DNA of 64,000 bases, from positions 64,001-128,000 of IMG/VR virus record IMGVR_UViG_3300025009_000051. The stretch is one strand, 5' to 3'. The notes under the pieces are model-generated. The model was not told where the DNA came from and searched no databases. It worked only from the letters and a program-made list of their open reading frames with translations. The position numbers and the translations under genes are program-made. The DNA comes from a virus. Shown piece after piece: positions 29,497 to 38,822 of the stretch (positions are counted from its first letter, which is position 1; the number at the start of each line of letters is the position of its first letter).

Positions 29497-30265
29497 ATTA
29501 TTTAATACTTGGGGGCCAACCTATTTTTTAGAATATAATAAAGATGTAAATGTATTTGTAGATACTATTGGAAAGGTAGAATCAAATAAAAAAAATATCT
29601 TTGTTATTCTTGAACCATTTAACAAATTTTTTATTGATAAAATTAATAAAAATGATTTTGATTTTATTCTTACATATTTCCAAGAAATAATTGATTCTAT
29701 TCCAAATGCAAGATTATTTAATCCATCAAATACTTGGGTGCATCATTATACTTTTCCAACAAAAGAATTTTCAGTTTCTACATTGGTAGGAGGAAAAAAT
29801 ATTCATAATTTATCTGGATATGCTAAACGACACGAGTTGTGGAATAGGCAAAATGAAATAATAATTCCAAAGAAATTTTATTTGAGTAGTGCCAGTAAAT
29901 TGAATAATATTAATTATAGTAATCAGTTAGTATTATACAAATATAAAGAACCGCTATTTGATAGTCAATTTCACATAGTGATAGAAAACGAAACGATGTT
30001 AAATATGTGGTCAGAAAAAATTATAGATTGCTTTCAAACTAAAACTATACCGATATATGTTGGGTGTAAAAATATTGAAAATTTCTTTAATATTGATGGA
30101 ATAATAAAGGTAGAATCCGTTTCAGATATCATTTTAGCGTGTAATGAATTAACGCCGACTTTTTATAAATCTAAAGAAAAAGCATTGAAAGAAAATTTAA
30201 AAATATCAAATAATTATTTGAGTTTTGACAAACAATTAATAAATAAATTAAACGAAATTTTATGA
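29489..30265 (+). CDS. GT10 (alpha-1,3-fucosyltransferase)-like protein
   Basis: FHIVIENE...WSEKIIDCF...TIPIYVG matches the GT10 C-terminal motif. Confidence 0.75.
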   Translation: MIELFNTWGPTYFLEYNKDVNVFVDTIGKVESNKKNIFVILEPFNKFFIDKINKNDFDFILTYFQEIIDSIPNARLFNPSNTWVHHYTFPTKEFSVSTLVGGKNIHNLSGYAKRHELWNRQNEIIIPKKFYLSSASKLNNINYSNQLVLYKYKEPLFDSQFHIVIENETMLNMWSEKIIDCFQTKTIPIYVGCKNIENFFNIDGIIKVESVSDIILACNELTPTFYKSKEKALKENLKISNNYLSFDKQLINKLNEIL

Positions 30266-31329
30266 GCAGAATAGTACAATACTCACCAGTAATAGAAAAA
30301 AAATATATTCGTTCTGTCACCAAACAATTAAAAAGTGGTTGGCTTGGACCTGGAGAAACAACTAAAAAAGTAGAAGAAGAGCTATGTAAAATGACAGGAA
30401 ATAAATATTGTGTTGCAACCACCTCTGGAACCTCCGCATTAATAATGGCTATTCTATCTTTAAATATTCCTAAAGACAAAATAATTTTATTACCTGCATA
30501 TACTTTTATAGCTCCGCACAATGCAGCTAAATTTCTTGGATATAAAATTAGATTGATAGATGTCGATCCAAATACAATGTGCATGGATTATGGTGAATTA
30601 TTAAAGATATATTCTAAACATAAAAATAGCATTGGAGCAATTATTTTTGTAAATCATAATTCATATGCAGAAGGAGAATATTCAAAAATAGTAGATTTTT
30701 GTAACCGATATTCTACTCCCATAATTTCAGATGCATCTCAAGCATTGGGAAATATAAAAGCATTTAAAGGAACGGTTTCAGTAATTAGTTTTTCAGTGCC
30801 AAAAATAGCTACCTGTGGACAAGGCGGTGCAGTAGTAACAAATGATGAAAACATATATTTAGAATTAAAGAAAATACAAGATCATGGAGACGATTGGAGG
30901 AAAGATAGAATACATAAAAATTTAGGTGTTAATTTTAAATTTAATGATATATTAGCATCATATCTTTTACCACAATTAAAAGATATAAATAAATTGATAT
31001 TTAAAAGAGATATGATATTCTCTTGGTATCAAATATATTTGAAAAAAAATATAGTTACATATGGCATGGATTCAACTTGGATGGTTATTTATAAAACTAA
31101 AAAAATCCAACAGATTATAAAAGAATTAGAAGAAAATAACATACAATCCGTTCAATACTATAAACCTATTTCTTGGAATCCTCCATATTATACATCAGAG
31201 TTATTTGTTAATTCTGAAAAAATATATCAAGAATATTTATATTTACCAAGTAGTTTATCATTGACAAAAAATCAAATAAAAAGAATTTGTAGAATAATTT
31301 TAAAAATAGAAAATGGACAAAAAAATTAA
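30262..31329 (+). CDS. DegT/DnrJ/EryC1/StrS PLP aminotransferase (perosamine synthase-like)
   Basis: SGTSAL, PAYTFIA, ISDASQA, SFSVPK (PLP lysine), GQGGAVVT. Confidence 0.9.
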   Translation: MSRIVQYSPVIEKKYIRSVTKQLKSGWLGPGETTKKVEEELCKMTGNKYCVATTSGTSALIMAILSLNIPKDKIILLPAYTFIAPHNAAKFLGYKIRLIDVDPNTMCMDYGELLKIYSKHKNSIGAIIFVNHNSYAEGEYSKIVDFCNRYSTPIISDASQALGNIKAFKGTVSVISFSVPKIATCGQGGAVVTNDENIYLELKKIQDHGDDWRKDRIHKNLGVNFKFNDILASYLLPQLKDINKLIFKRDMIFSWYQIYLKKNIVTYGMDSTWMVIYKTKKIQQIIKELEENNIQSVQYYKPISWNPPYYTSELFVNSEKIYQEYLYLPSSLSLTKNQIKRICRIILKIENGQKN

Positions 31330-32296
31330 AAGTCTTATCATAGGAATATCTGGACAAGATGGAAGTTATCTTTCAGAATATTTATTATCTCTCGATCATG
31401 AAGTGTATGGTATTGTTAGACGGCATTCAGTTGCAGAAAACCAACAATATAGATTAGAAAATATAAAAGAAAATATTCATGTGTTTTATGGAGATTTATT
31501 AGATATTTCTTCTATAGAAAAGGTATTGAGAGAAGTAATGCCAGATTTCATATTTAATTTGGGGGCAATGAGCCATGTGAAAATATCATTTGAAATACCA
31601 TTATTTACTGCGCAGACAAATGCTCTTGGAGTTTTAAGTCTGTTGGAATCTTATAGAACTATTTGCCCAAATGCTAAATTTTACCAAGCTTCAAGTAGCG
31701 AGATGTTCGGATTATCTGTAGATGAAGATATGTATCAAAGAGAAACAACTCCAATGAATCCAACTTCACCTTATGGTATTTCAAAAGTTTTTGCATATAA
31801 TATGGTAAGACATTATCGTAGAGCATATGGATTACATGCAGTAAATGGTATATTGTTTAATCATGAAAGTCCAAGAAGAGGAAGTAATTTTGTGACCAGT
31901 AAAATTATTAAAGGAGCATGTATGATAAAACTCGGAATGCAACCAAATTTAGAATTAGGAAATTTAGATTCATTTCGTGATTGGGGGCATTCATATGACT
32001 ATGTTAGGGGAATGTATAAAATCATAAATCATTCTACTCCAGACGATTTTGTAATTAGTACAATGCAAACTCATTCAGTCAGAGATTTTTGTGAAATAGC
32101 ATTTAAAAGTTTAGATTTAGATTATAAAGATTATGTTGTTCAAAATCCAAAGTATATGAGAGCTGAAGAATTACCCTATTTAAGAGGAGATTCAACAAAA
32201 GCAAGAACAGTATTAGGATGGAAGCCAGAATATACTTTTGAAACAATGATACAGGAAATGGTCAATCATTGGCTACATATTTTGCAGAAAAATTAA
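31313..32296 (+). CDS. gmd: GDP-mannose 4,6-dehydratase
   Basis: GISGQDGSYL, QASSSEMFG, SPYGISK, LFNHESPRRG, RDWGH. Confidence 0.96.
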   Translation: MDKKIKSLIIGISGQDGSYLSEYLLSLDHEVYGIVRRHSVAENQQYRLENIKENIHVFYGDLLDISSIEKVLREVMPDFIFNLGAMSHVKISFEIPLFTAQTNALGVLSLLESYRTICPNAKFYQASSSEMFGLSVDEDMYQRETTPMNPTSPYGISKVFAYNMVRHYRRAYGLHAVNGILFNHESPRRGSNFVTSKIIKGACMIKLGMQPNLELGNLDSFRDWGHSYDYVRGMYKIINHSTPDDFVISTMQTHSVRDFCEIAFKSLDLDYKDYVVQNPKYMRAEELPYLRGDSTKARTVLGWKPEYTFETMIQEMVNHWLHILQKN

Positions 32297-32345
32297 AGAT
32301 TTTTTAAAAAATTTTATATTTATTGTAAATATAAACAATAATCAA

Positions 32346-32900
32346 ATGGCGTATCAACTATATTTAGATAAATCCAAACTATTCGAATGCGACATTAAAT
32401 TAAATGGCGCTTCCATAAAAAATACCACTGCAAGACTTGTATTAGAAAATTCTGATTATAATATCATGTTCTATGGTAAAGTAGATTCAGAGGGAAAATG
32501 TTCTATCCCAATCAAAAAATTAAAGACTTTAATTGAAGAAAAGGAAACAGGAAATATAAAATTAGAAGTAATTGCAGAAGAAACTTATTTCATTCCTTGG
32601 CAAGATACATTTGAAGTATTAACCAGTAAATCCGTTCAAGTAGAAATAAAAAATATTGAAAAACCAGTTGTAGAAGAAAAGAAAGTATCGGTTCAAGTAA
32701 AAGATGATTATAAAATAGATTATATAAGTTTGTTATCTGAAAAGATTACTTCTATGGGATTAAATTATAAAATGATTTCTGAGAATAAAAAACCTGTGTA
32801 TAATATCATGAAACAATATTTTGATTCGTTGAATATATCTGTTAATTTGAAAAAAGAATTCAATGAATTAATGAGAAATTTGAAAAGTCATAAAAAATAA
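32346..32900 (+). CDS. Hypothetical protein, possibly structural
   Basis: TATATTTATT upstream; beta-rich N-terminus. Confidence 0.5.
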   Translation: MAYQLYLDKSKLFECDIKLNGASIKNTTARLVLENSDYNIMFYGKVDSEGKCSIPIKKLKTLIEEKETGNIKLEVIAEETYFIPWQDTFEVLTSKSVQVEIKNIEKPVVEEKKVSVQVKDDYKIDYISLLSEKITSMGLNYKMISENKKPVYNIMKQYFDSLNISVNLKKEFNELMRNLKSHKK

Positions 32901-32942
32901 GTTTGATTTTCATATATTCCCCAGAATGAGATATTTTGGGCC

Positions 32943-32970
32943 AGTCCTTTAGAAATAGAGGACTTTTTGT
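32943..32970 (+). terminator. Probable intrinsic terminator
   Basis: agtcct...aggact stem followed by a T-run. Confidence 0.6.
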
Positions 32971-33068
32971 TTTATATGTTGATCCATATAATCTGCTTCG
33001 TTTGAATTATTTTATATGTTCATACATACACTCCTTAAAAATTAATTAAAAAATAAATTAATTAATTC

Positions 33069-33099
33069 TTTGTTTATTCAAAAAAAATCACTATATTTG
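33069..33099 (+). promoter_or_regulatory. Bacteroidota sigma-A type promoter
   Basis: TTTG-N19-TATATTTG. Confidence 0.8.
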
Positions 33100-33123
33100 T
33101 TTATAAATTTTAAAAAAATAATT

Positions 33124-33705
33124 ATGAAAACACTAAAAAAGATTAAATTTATTCTTATATTTTTGTTTCTTTTTCCGCTATATATTCACCAAACTCCAGT
33201 TTTTTCTGAAAGTGTATATAAATATAATGTGCTAAAAGATCGTTTAAAATATGAGTTTATATATAACAGAATAATACAAAAAATCAAGGAACATGAGACC
33301 TTTAGTGGAGTAAGATATCATACTGGCATAGATACAGATGGTTGGACAATTGGATATGGACACAAAATAAAAGCTACAGATAATATTCCAGATACAATAT
33401 CAGAGGAATATGCAGATAGTTTATTAATAAAAGATTTTGAAGGTGCTATAAGAATGGTAAAATTTTATACTCCAATTTTAAATAAAGAAGAAAATAAATA
33501 TAAGATGTTAGCAATGAGTCATTTTGTATTTGCTAAAGGAATTGGAAATTTTAATAAGAGTAAATTGAAACAATTAGTAGAAGAGGAAAAACCAATAGAT
33601 AAAGAAATACTGAAATGGATAGTGGTTAGAAAAGATGGAGTTATTAAATATAATCAAAGAATGTTAAAGAATAGATTATTAGAAATAGAAATTTATAACT
33701 TATAG
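33124..33705 (+). CDS. GH24-type lysozyme with an N-terminal hydrophobic anchor (start corrected to 33124)
   Basis: KEHE...DTDGWTIGYGH, A..LL.KD, AMSHFVF..GIGNF, R..E. Confidence 0.8.
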   Translation: MKTLKKIKFILIFLFLFPLYIHQTPVFSESVYKYNVLKDRLKYEFIYNRIIQKIKEHETFSGVRYHTGIDTDGWTIGYGHKIKATDNIPDTISEEYADSLLIKDFEGAIRMVKFYTPILNKEENKYKMLAMSHFVFAKGIGNFNKSKLKQLVEEEKPIDKEILKWIVVRKDGVIKYNQRMLKNRLLEIEIYNL

Positions 33706-33963
33706 TAAAAATATTTTTTTATTTCAAAAAATCTACATATATTTGTATAAACTTTAAATATTAAAATTATGTTTGAATATGAATTTTTCTTTAAAAGGAG
33801 TAGTTTCAAAGAAACAAATAAAGTAAAATCTGCAAAAGATTATATTGCAAGGAAAAAAGCTAAGTGTGCAAATCAAACTCATAAAGGTGTAAAAAAAGAA
33901 CATAAATTTGATTTTTTACCTGGAGGGGTATTACATTGTAATTAATCATTAAAAATTAAGAAT

Positions 33964-34425
33964 ATGATACAAGTTAATAGGTATGAAGTGCAACTCGTTG
34001 AAGTGTTCAACAAAAAAGGAAATTCTCTTGGATTTTTAAACGAACATGAATTTAATGATTTAAGATGTCAAATTGCAGAACAAAATGCAATTGGATATTA
34101 TTTAATGTTCGACGGTTCAAAAATAGAAATTGAATCTAATGGAAGAATTAAAAATTGGCCATATGATTTATATAGCATTAATGAACAATTGCTTGCGAGA
34201 TTATTCAAAGCACAATTAATGAAAAAAAACATATACCCGAAAATACCAGTAGAAGAATTTTTAGAAGCGCAGAAACAGTTATTAAACATACCAAATGATA
34301 TTCAGCAAAGTAATCAATTATATTGCAGTGTGGTAGGAGCAGGATTATGTCCATATGAATATGAGAATGGCAAATGTAATTTAGAAAGTAAATGTACAAA
34401 TCAGATCACAAAAGATATAAAATAA
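33964..34425 (+). CDS. Hypothetical protein
   Basis: 153-aa ORF with a Cys-rich tail. Confidence 0.5.
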   Translation: MIQVNRYEVQLVEVFNKKGNSLGFLNEHEFNDLRCQIAEQNAIGYYLMFDGSKIEIESNGRIKNWPYDLYSINEQLLARLFKAQLMKKNIYPKIPVEEFLEAQKQLLNIPNDIQQSNQLYCSVVGAGLCPYEYENGKCNLESKCTNQITKDIK

Positions 34426-34446
34426 TAAAAATAAAAAATAAATATT

Positions 34447-34695
34447 ATGGGAGTCATGTCATGTTCAAGAAAAGATTGTGGTAACATAATGTGTGATACC
34501 TATATTCAATCTATAGGTTATATCTGTTCCTATTGCATATCAGAATTTAAAGATTATTTGGAAAAAAATGAATTAAATCCAAAGACAGAAGGGCAGATAA
34601 TTAATGAATTAGAAAAGTTTATGCAAATTTCTAAAGACAATACAAGCAAAAAAGAAATGTCTGTAAATGAATTTTTTGATATCCATTCAAGATAA
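34447..34695 (+). CDS. Small Cys-rich hypothetical protein
   Basis: CxRxxC..C..CxxC. Confidence 0.55.
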   Translation: MGVMSCSRKDCGNIMCDTYIQSIGYICSYCISEFKDYLEKNELNPKTEGQIINELEKFMQISKDNTSKKEMSVNEFFDIHSR

Positions 34696-34739
34696 AGATA
34701 TTTACAAATTAAAAAATAAAAATCAAATATAATAAAATT

Positions 34740-35153
34740 ATGAAATCACCGGAAGAAAGATTAACAAGAGGCACAAACGCTTTTATTAATTGTACAGATT
34801 ATGATGAGGCCATCAAAGCAATGAAAGAATATGCAATTGAATATCATGCTCAGCAAATAAAAGAATTGGAATATTCAATTAATGAAAATGTAATAGAATT
34901 AAATGAATTAAAAGAAGCAGTGAGAAGAAATCTCATTAAAAATGATATATCAATAGTGAATATAATTGCTGTTGGGCACAATCTCATAAGAGCATATGAA
35001 AGCAAAGATTGGAGTAGAGTTCATAAAAAAATTGTAGATTTTATTGATTCTTACAATTATTTAATAACAGAAATGAATAAAAAAGAAACTCCATTTGAAG
35101 ACAGAATATTAGAATTAGAAGCAAAAATTGAATTATTAAAAAAAATAAATTAA
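34740..35153 (+). CDS. Hypothetical protein
   Basis: 137-aa ORF. Confidence 0.5.
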   Translation: MKSPEERLTRGTNAFINCTDYDEAIKAMKEYAIEYHAQQIKELEYSINENVIELNELKEAVRRNLIKNDISIVNIIAVGHNLIRAYESKDWSRVHKKIVDFIDSYNYLITEMNKKETPFEDRILELEAKIELLKKIN

Positions 35154-35154
35154 T

Positions 35155-35619
35155 ATGAAAATGTATTCAACAAAACAAATTCGAGAGTTTCTTGAAACTC
35201 AATTCATCTATTATTCAGAAGAATTTATTGAAGAAACCATGCAAGAAATTCAAGACAAAAAAATAGAATATTTAAAAATTCATCAAAGATGTTATTTTGT
35301 AGACGAACAAATTGAAGGTGATTTTGAGTATGTGGTATCAAATGATAGAATAAAAGAAAACACGAATACCGTTTCAGAAGGATTGAATGGAGATTGGTGT
35401 TTTAATACTATTCATAAGACAATCTTTCAAGTAGGAGATATTACTAATTATGATTGGAAGATTATTGCAACAAATAATCCAAAATTAAAGTTACCGAAAA
35501 TACCTAAGAATGTTTATGCAATATCAGAATTTTGGAAAGAAATTATAGTAGAATATGAATTTGTAGATAATGAATGGAAACCAAAAATAAATGGAGATAA
35601 TGAAATAATTTTAATTTAA
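35155..35619 (+). CDS. Hypothetical protein
   Basis: 154-aa ORF. Confidence 0.5.
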   Translation: MKMYSTKQIREFLETQFIYYSEEFIEETMQEIQDKKIEYLKIHQRCYFVDEQIEGDFEYVVSNDRIKENTNTVSEGLNGDWCFNTIHKTIFQVGDITNYDWKIIATNNPKLKLPKIPKNVYAISEFWKEIIVEYEFVDNEWKPKINGDNEIILI

Positions 35620-35620
35620 A

Positions 35621-35652
35621 TTTGTTTGTTTCATTTTAATATTGTATATTTG
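35621..35652 (+). promoter_or_regulatory. Bacteroidota sigma-A type promoter
   Basis: TTTG-N20-TATATTTG. Confidence 0.8.
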
Positions 35653-35677
35653 TTTATGAAATTAAAACAAAAAAGAT

Positions 35678-36016
35678 ATGAAAAAAATTAACTTATTATT
35701 CAAAATTATTTTGTGTTCAATATTGATTTTTGGTTTTGCTTCTTGTAATGAAGATGCAGGAATAACCACAAAACGATTAAATGGAGACGAACAATATTTA
35801 CCAGAAGAATTAAAAGGTTTGAAGATATATTCGGTAGCACTCGATCAAGGTGGTTATGTTAAAGTAGCTGTTCTGGATAATAAAATAAATTCAACAACTT
35901 ATCGCGTGAGGAAGGCAGATGAATCAGTAATTATATTGAATAGACAAACCAATAAATTAATTGAAGTAAAAGAAATTTTGGTAGAAAACGATAGCATTAT
36001 TGTATGTAGAAAATAA
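35678..36016 (+). CDS. Predicted lipoprotein
   Basis: Signal peptide with lipobox FASC. Confidence 0.7.
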   Translation: MKKINLLFKIILCSILIFGFASCNEDAGITTKRLNGDEQYLPEELKGLKIYSVALDQGGYVKVAVLDNKINSTTYRVRKADESVIILNRQTNKLIEVKEILVENDSIIVCRK

Positions 36017-36046
36017 TCTATTAGATTTAAATATAAAAAACAAGAA

Positions 36047-36721
36047 ATGAAAACAGAAAACGAAAAATGGTATTGCCCAGTATGTAAATCAGAAGTGGTT
36101 TATGAAAAGCACAGAAATTGTCAAACATTAGATGAGCACGTTTGCGATCCAAATGGAACTCCTTCATCAAAACCAACTTATCATTGTAGCAATCCAAAAT
36201 GTATTTGTAATAAGCAAAAAGTTTTTTGGGATTGGTATGGTGACATGTACGGGGGGTTTAAAATTCCAGACACTACCTTTATAAATGGTAATGATTCTCC
36301 TTTTGGTTCTCACTCAAGAAAACAAAATGTTGAAATTTACAAGAAAGGCTTACCGAGACAAAAATATTTATCTCCTTGGTGGACTCTTAAACTTTGGCAA
36401 CCAATGATTGAATATCATTATAAATCCAATACAGATGGGGAAGTATTAAAGAAATGGACAAAGATTGAATTCCTCAAAAAAACTGCTGGATTCGATAATA
36501 AATATTGTACTCATGTTTCTTTGTGGAGTCACACTTTAAATTTCTTATTGAAGAATGCAAAAAGACATTACAGAACAAACCAAATTGAAAGGCTATTCAA
36601 AAAATCAAACAATCGTGATTTTATATATAGGTTTGCAGAAAAGCTTGTTATACTTCTTTATTTACGAACTTATTTAAAGGAAGGAAAAAAATTGGATAAT
36701 AAACCAGATTTTCGTTGGTAA
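36047..36721 (+). CDS. Hypothetical protein with a Cys/His-rich N-terminus
   Basis: CPVC...HVC...HCSNPKC. Confidence 0.55.
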   Translation: MKTENEKWYCPVCKSEVVYEKHRNCQTLDEHVCDPNGTPSSKPTYHCSNPKCICNKQKVFWDWYGDMYGGFKIPDTTFINGNDSPFGSHSRKQNVEIYKKGLPRQKYLSPWWTLKLWQPMIEYHYKSNTDGEVLKKWTKIEFLKKTAGFDNKYCTHVSLWSHTLNFLLKNAKRHYRTNQIERLFKKSNNRDFIYRFAEKLVILLYLRTYLKEGKKLDNKPDFRW

Positions 36722-36768
36722 AAATAAATTTTGTAATCTTAATTTTTTTAGTTATAATTCTTGCATAT

Positions 36769-36900
36769 AAAACAAAATAGGGCCGAGTAGGTCCGAATTA
36801 ACGCCTTTGGAGAGTAACTCGTTGGAGCCTCATTGAATTAGGAAAAATGAATATAAAGAAATTTATATGAAATTTAATATTATGTTTTCGTTAAACTAAT
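36769..36900 (+). ncRNA. Orphan TnpB omegaRNA-like scaffold plus a distinct guide (non-autonomous IS200/605 right-end copy)
   Basis: About 92 of 110 nt identical by hand alignment to 51111-51220; stems preserved; intergenic with no tnpB beside it. Confidence 0.8.
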
Positions 36901-36903
36901 AAA

Positions 36904-37347
36904 ATGAAACACAAAATCAATTCAGGTAAACTTCCTTTCTATATCGAATCTTTCGAAGTAGAAAAATCTTCTGTTCATATTTCATTTGAAACCTATACTT
37001 GTAAATGGTTAATAGATGGAATTAAAACAGAATATAATATCTTTGAATATCGCATTACTTCTTTATTTGATCTTACTGAAATCGAAGCAATGGATTTAGT
37101 TCAACCAATTATGATTGAGAAAGGAGAAATTATAGACGATGTGACAGGTGAACAATTAAAAGAAGATATGCTCATTGGATTTGAAAATTATATGAAAAAA
37201 CCTAAGCATGCGAATATTATGCATTTTAATTCTGCAATAGATTCTCTAAAATCTTTAATTCAATATGAATATTCAGAATATGATGATTCAAAAAATTATT
37301 TATTGATTATACCAAAACAGTTTAAAAATGGAAATTCTACCACATGA
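36904..37347 (+). CDS. Hypothetical protein
   Basis: 147-aa ORF. Confidence 0.5.
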   Translation: MKHKINSGKLPFYIESFEVEKSSVHISFETYTCKWLIDGIKTEYNIFEYRITSLFDLTEIEAMDLVQPIMIEKGEIIDDVTGEQLKEDMLIGFENYMKKPKHANIMHFNSAIDSLKSLIQYEYSEYDDSKNYLLIIPKQFKNGNSTT

Positions 37348-37966
37348 ACTCACAACGACTAAAAAAATGAAGCAATCCTTTTATAAAAAATATTTAGAGT
37401 ATTCTTGGTTAGATGCTTTCTATTCTTTCTTTCGTTATGAATTAACCAATCTATTTAAAAATATTTGGTTATTCAGAAAAGATTTATGGAAATTTCGTTG
37501 GTATGATTATGGATATACTCTTAATATTCTACAGACATCTTTAGAAGCTATGGAAAAAGGAATGCATAATGGATATGAAGTACCTGAATCAAGAAATAAA
37601 AAAATTGCTAAAATGCAAAGATCAATTCAAATTTTAAATAATATTAAAACAAATAATTATTATGAATTGGCAGAAAATGAATTACATTTAAAATATACTT
37701 ATGTGCCTTTTGATTTTGAGCCATTAAAAAATAACCCAGAATATTTTAAATTAGTGTCTAAAGAATCTAAAGAAGTTAAAGAAACAAATCGTAAAATTAG
37801 TGATAGAGCGAGAGAAATAGAACAATCGGAATGGAATGAATTATGGGATATTTTTAAAGGTCGGGATATTAACGAATACATAAAATTAAGAAAAGAAAAT
37901 GAGAAAGATAATGGATTATACGATAATTGGTTTGACGGATCTGGAATGTTAGGTTGGTGGGATTAA
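37328..37966 (+). CDS. Hypothetical phage protein
   Basis: 212-aa ORF ending GMLGWWD. Confidence 0.55.
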   Translation: MEILPHELTTTKKMKQSFYKKYLEYSWLDAFYSFFRYELTNLFKNIWLFRKDLWKFRWYDYGYTLNILQTSLEAMEKGMHNGYEVPESRNKKIAKMQRSIQILNNIKTNNYYELAENELHLKYTYVPFDFEPLKNNPEYFKLVSKESKEVKETNRKISDRAREIEQSEWNELWDIFKGRDINEYIKLRKENEKDNGLYDNWFDGSGMLGWWD

Positions 37967-38153
37967 AAGATTTTTTACTATAAAAATAAATCAAATGAAA
38001 ATAAAAATCGATAGAATATTGTGTCAATTTTATGTAATTCCTTTCGTTAAAATAACCTATGATAAATGGTTAAATGGAAATTACGAATTAATAATTGGAT
38101 GGCTGAATAGAGAGATTATAATATCTATTCAAGTAATACCGTAAAATAAACAT

Positions 38154-38381
38154 ATGGCAAAAAATAATAAAATGAATAAAGAAATTATTTCAAAATTTAG
38201 AATTGGAAATAAAGCAAGTAAATTAAAAGGTTATAAATTTCCTTGTACCATTGTATCTGTTTTTAAAACCCTGAAAGGTGAAACAAGAGTGGTTGGCGAA
38301 ATGGATGAATATGGATTATTACATATATTCAATGAAGATCAATTAGAAAAAAATATTGATGCTGAGGAATTACCGTTTTAA
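38154..38381 (+). CDS. Small SH3-like hypothetical protein
   Basis: FRIGNKASK.KGYKFP..IVSVF..L.GE.RVV.E. Confidence 0.5.
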   Translation: MAKNNKMNKEIISKFRIGNKASKLKGYKFPCTIVSVFKTLKGETRVVGEMDEYGLLHIFNEDQLEKNIDAEELPF

Positions 38382-38621
38382 CAAAATTAATATGAATGAA
38401 TATTTAATAAAATTATTTGTAAAACTATTAGAATTGCAAGGTTTAAATCGAATAATTAATTTTAATATAACCTCTTCTATAGAACCTACTTCAATAGATA
38501 CAAAAGGAAATGTGAATAATACAATGTATATTGATATAAAATGTCAATCAAAGCAAGATACTCAATATATAAATACTGAATTCGTTATTACTAAAAAAGG
38601 AATTGAATTTAAATAAAATAT

Positions 38622-38822
38622 ATGAATGAAGAATTAAAAACATCTGAAGAATGGCAAAAAATACATTCTCAAATTACTATATTTGATCCAGATGGATGGG
38701 ATAGACAAAATTTTCAATATTCTTGGCATGAAGAATTAATTACAGAAGCAGAGTTTCAAAAAAGAGTATTTAGCTCTACTTGTCTCGGTGCAAGCAGTTT
38801 ATTTCAAACAAAAATAAGATGA
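38622..38822 (+). CDS. Hypothetical protein
   Basis: I.DPDGWDR motif. Confidence 0.5.
   Translation: MNEELKTSEEWQKIHSQITIFDPDGWDRQNFQYSWHEELITEAEFQKRVFSSTCLGASSLFQTKIR

Noticed and set aside
22329-32296. Glycan island as bacterial chromosomal contamination or a prophage boundary
   Set aside because: Base composition and gene packing match the flanks, and it sits between a phage homing endonuclease and a gene carrying the phage-type promoter; long-read support would confirm.
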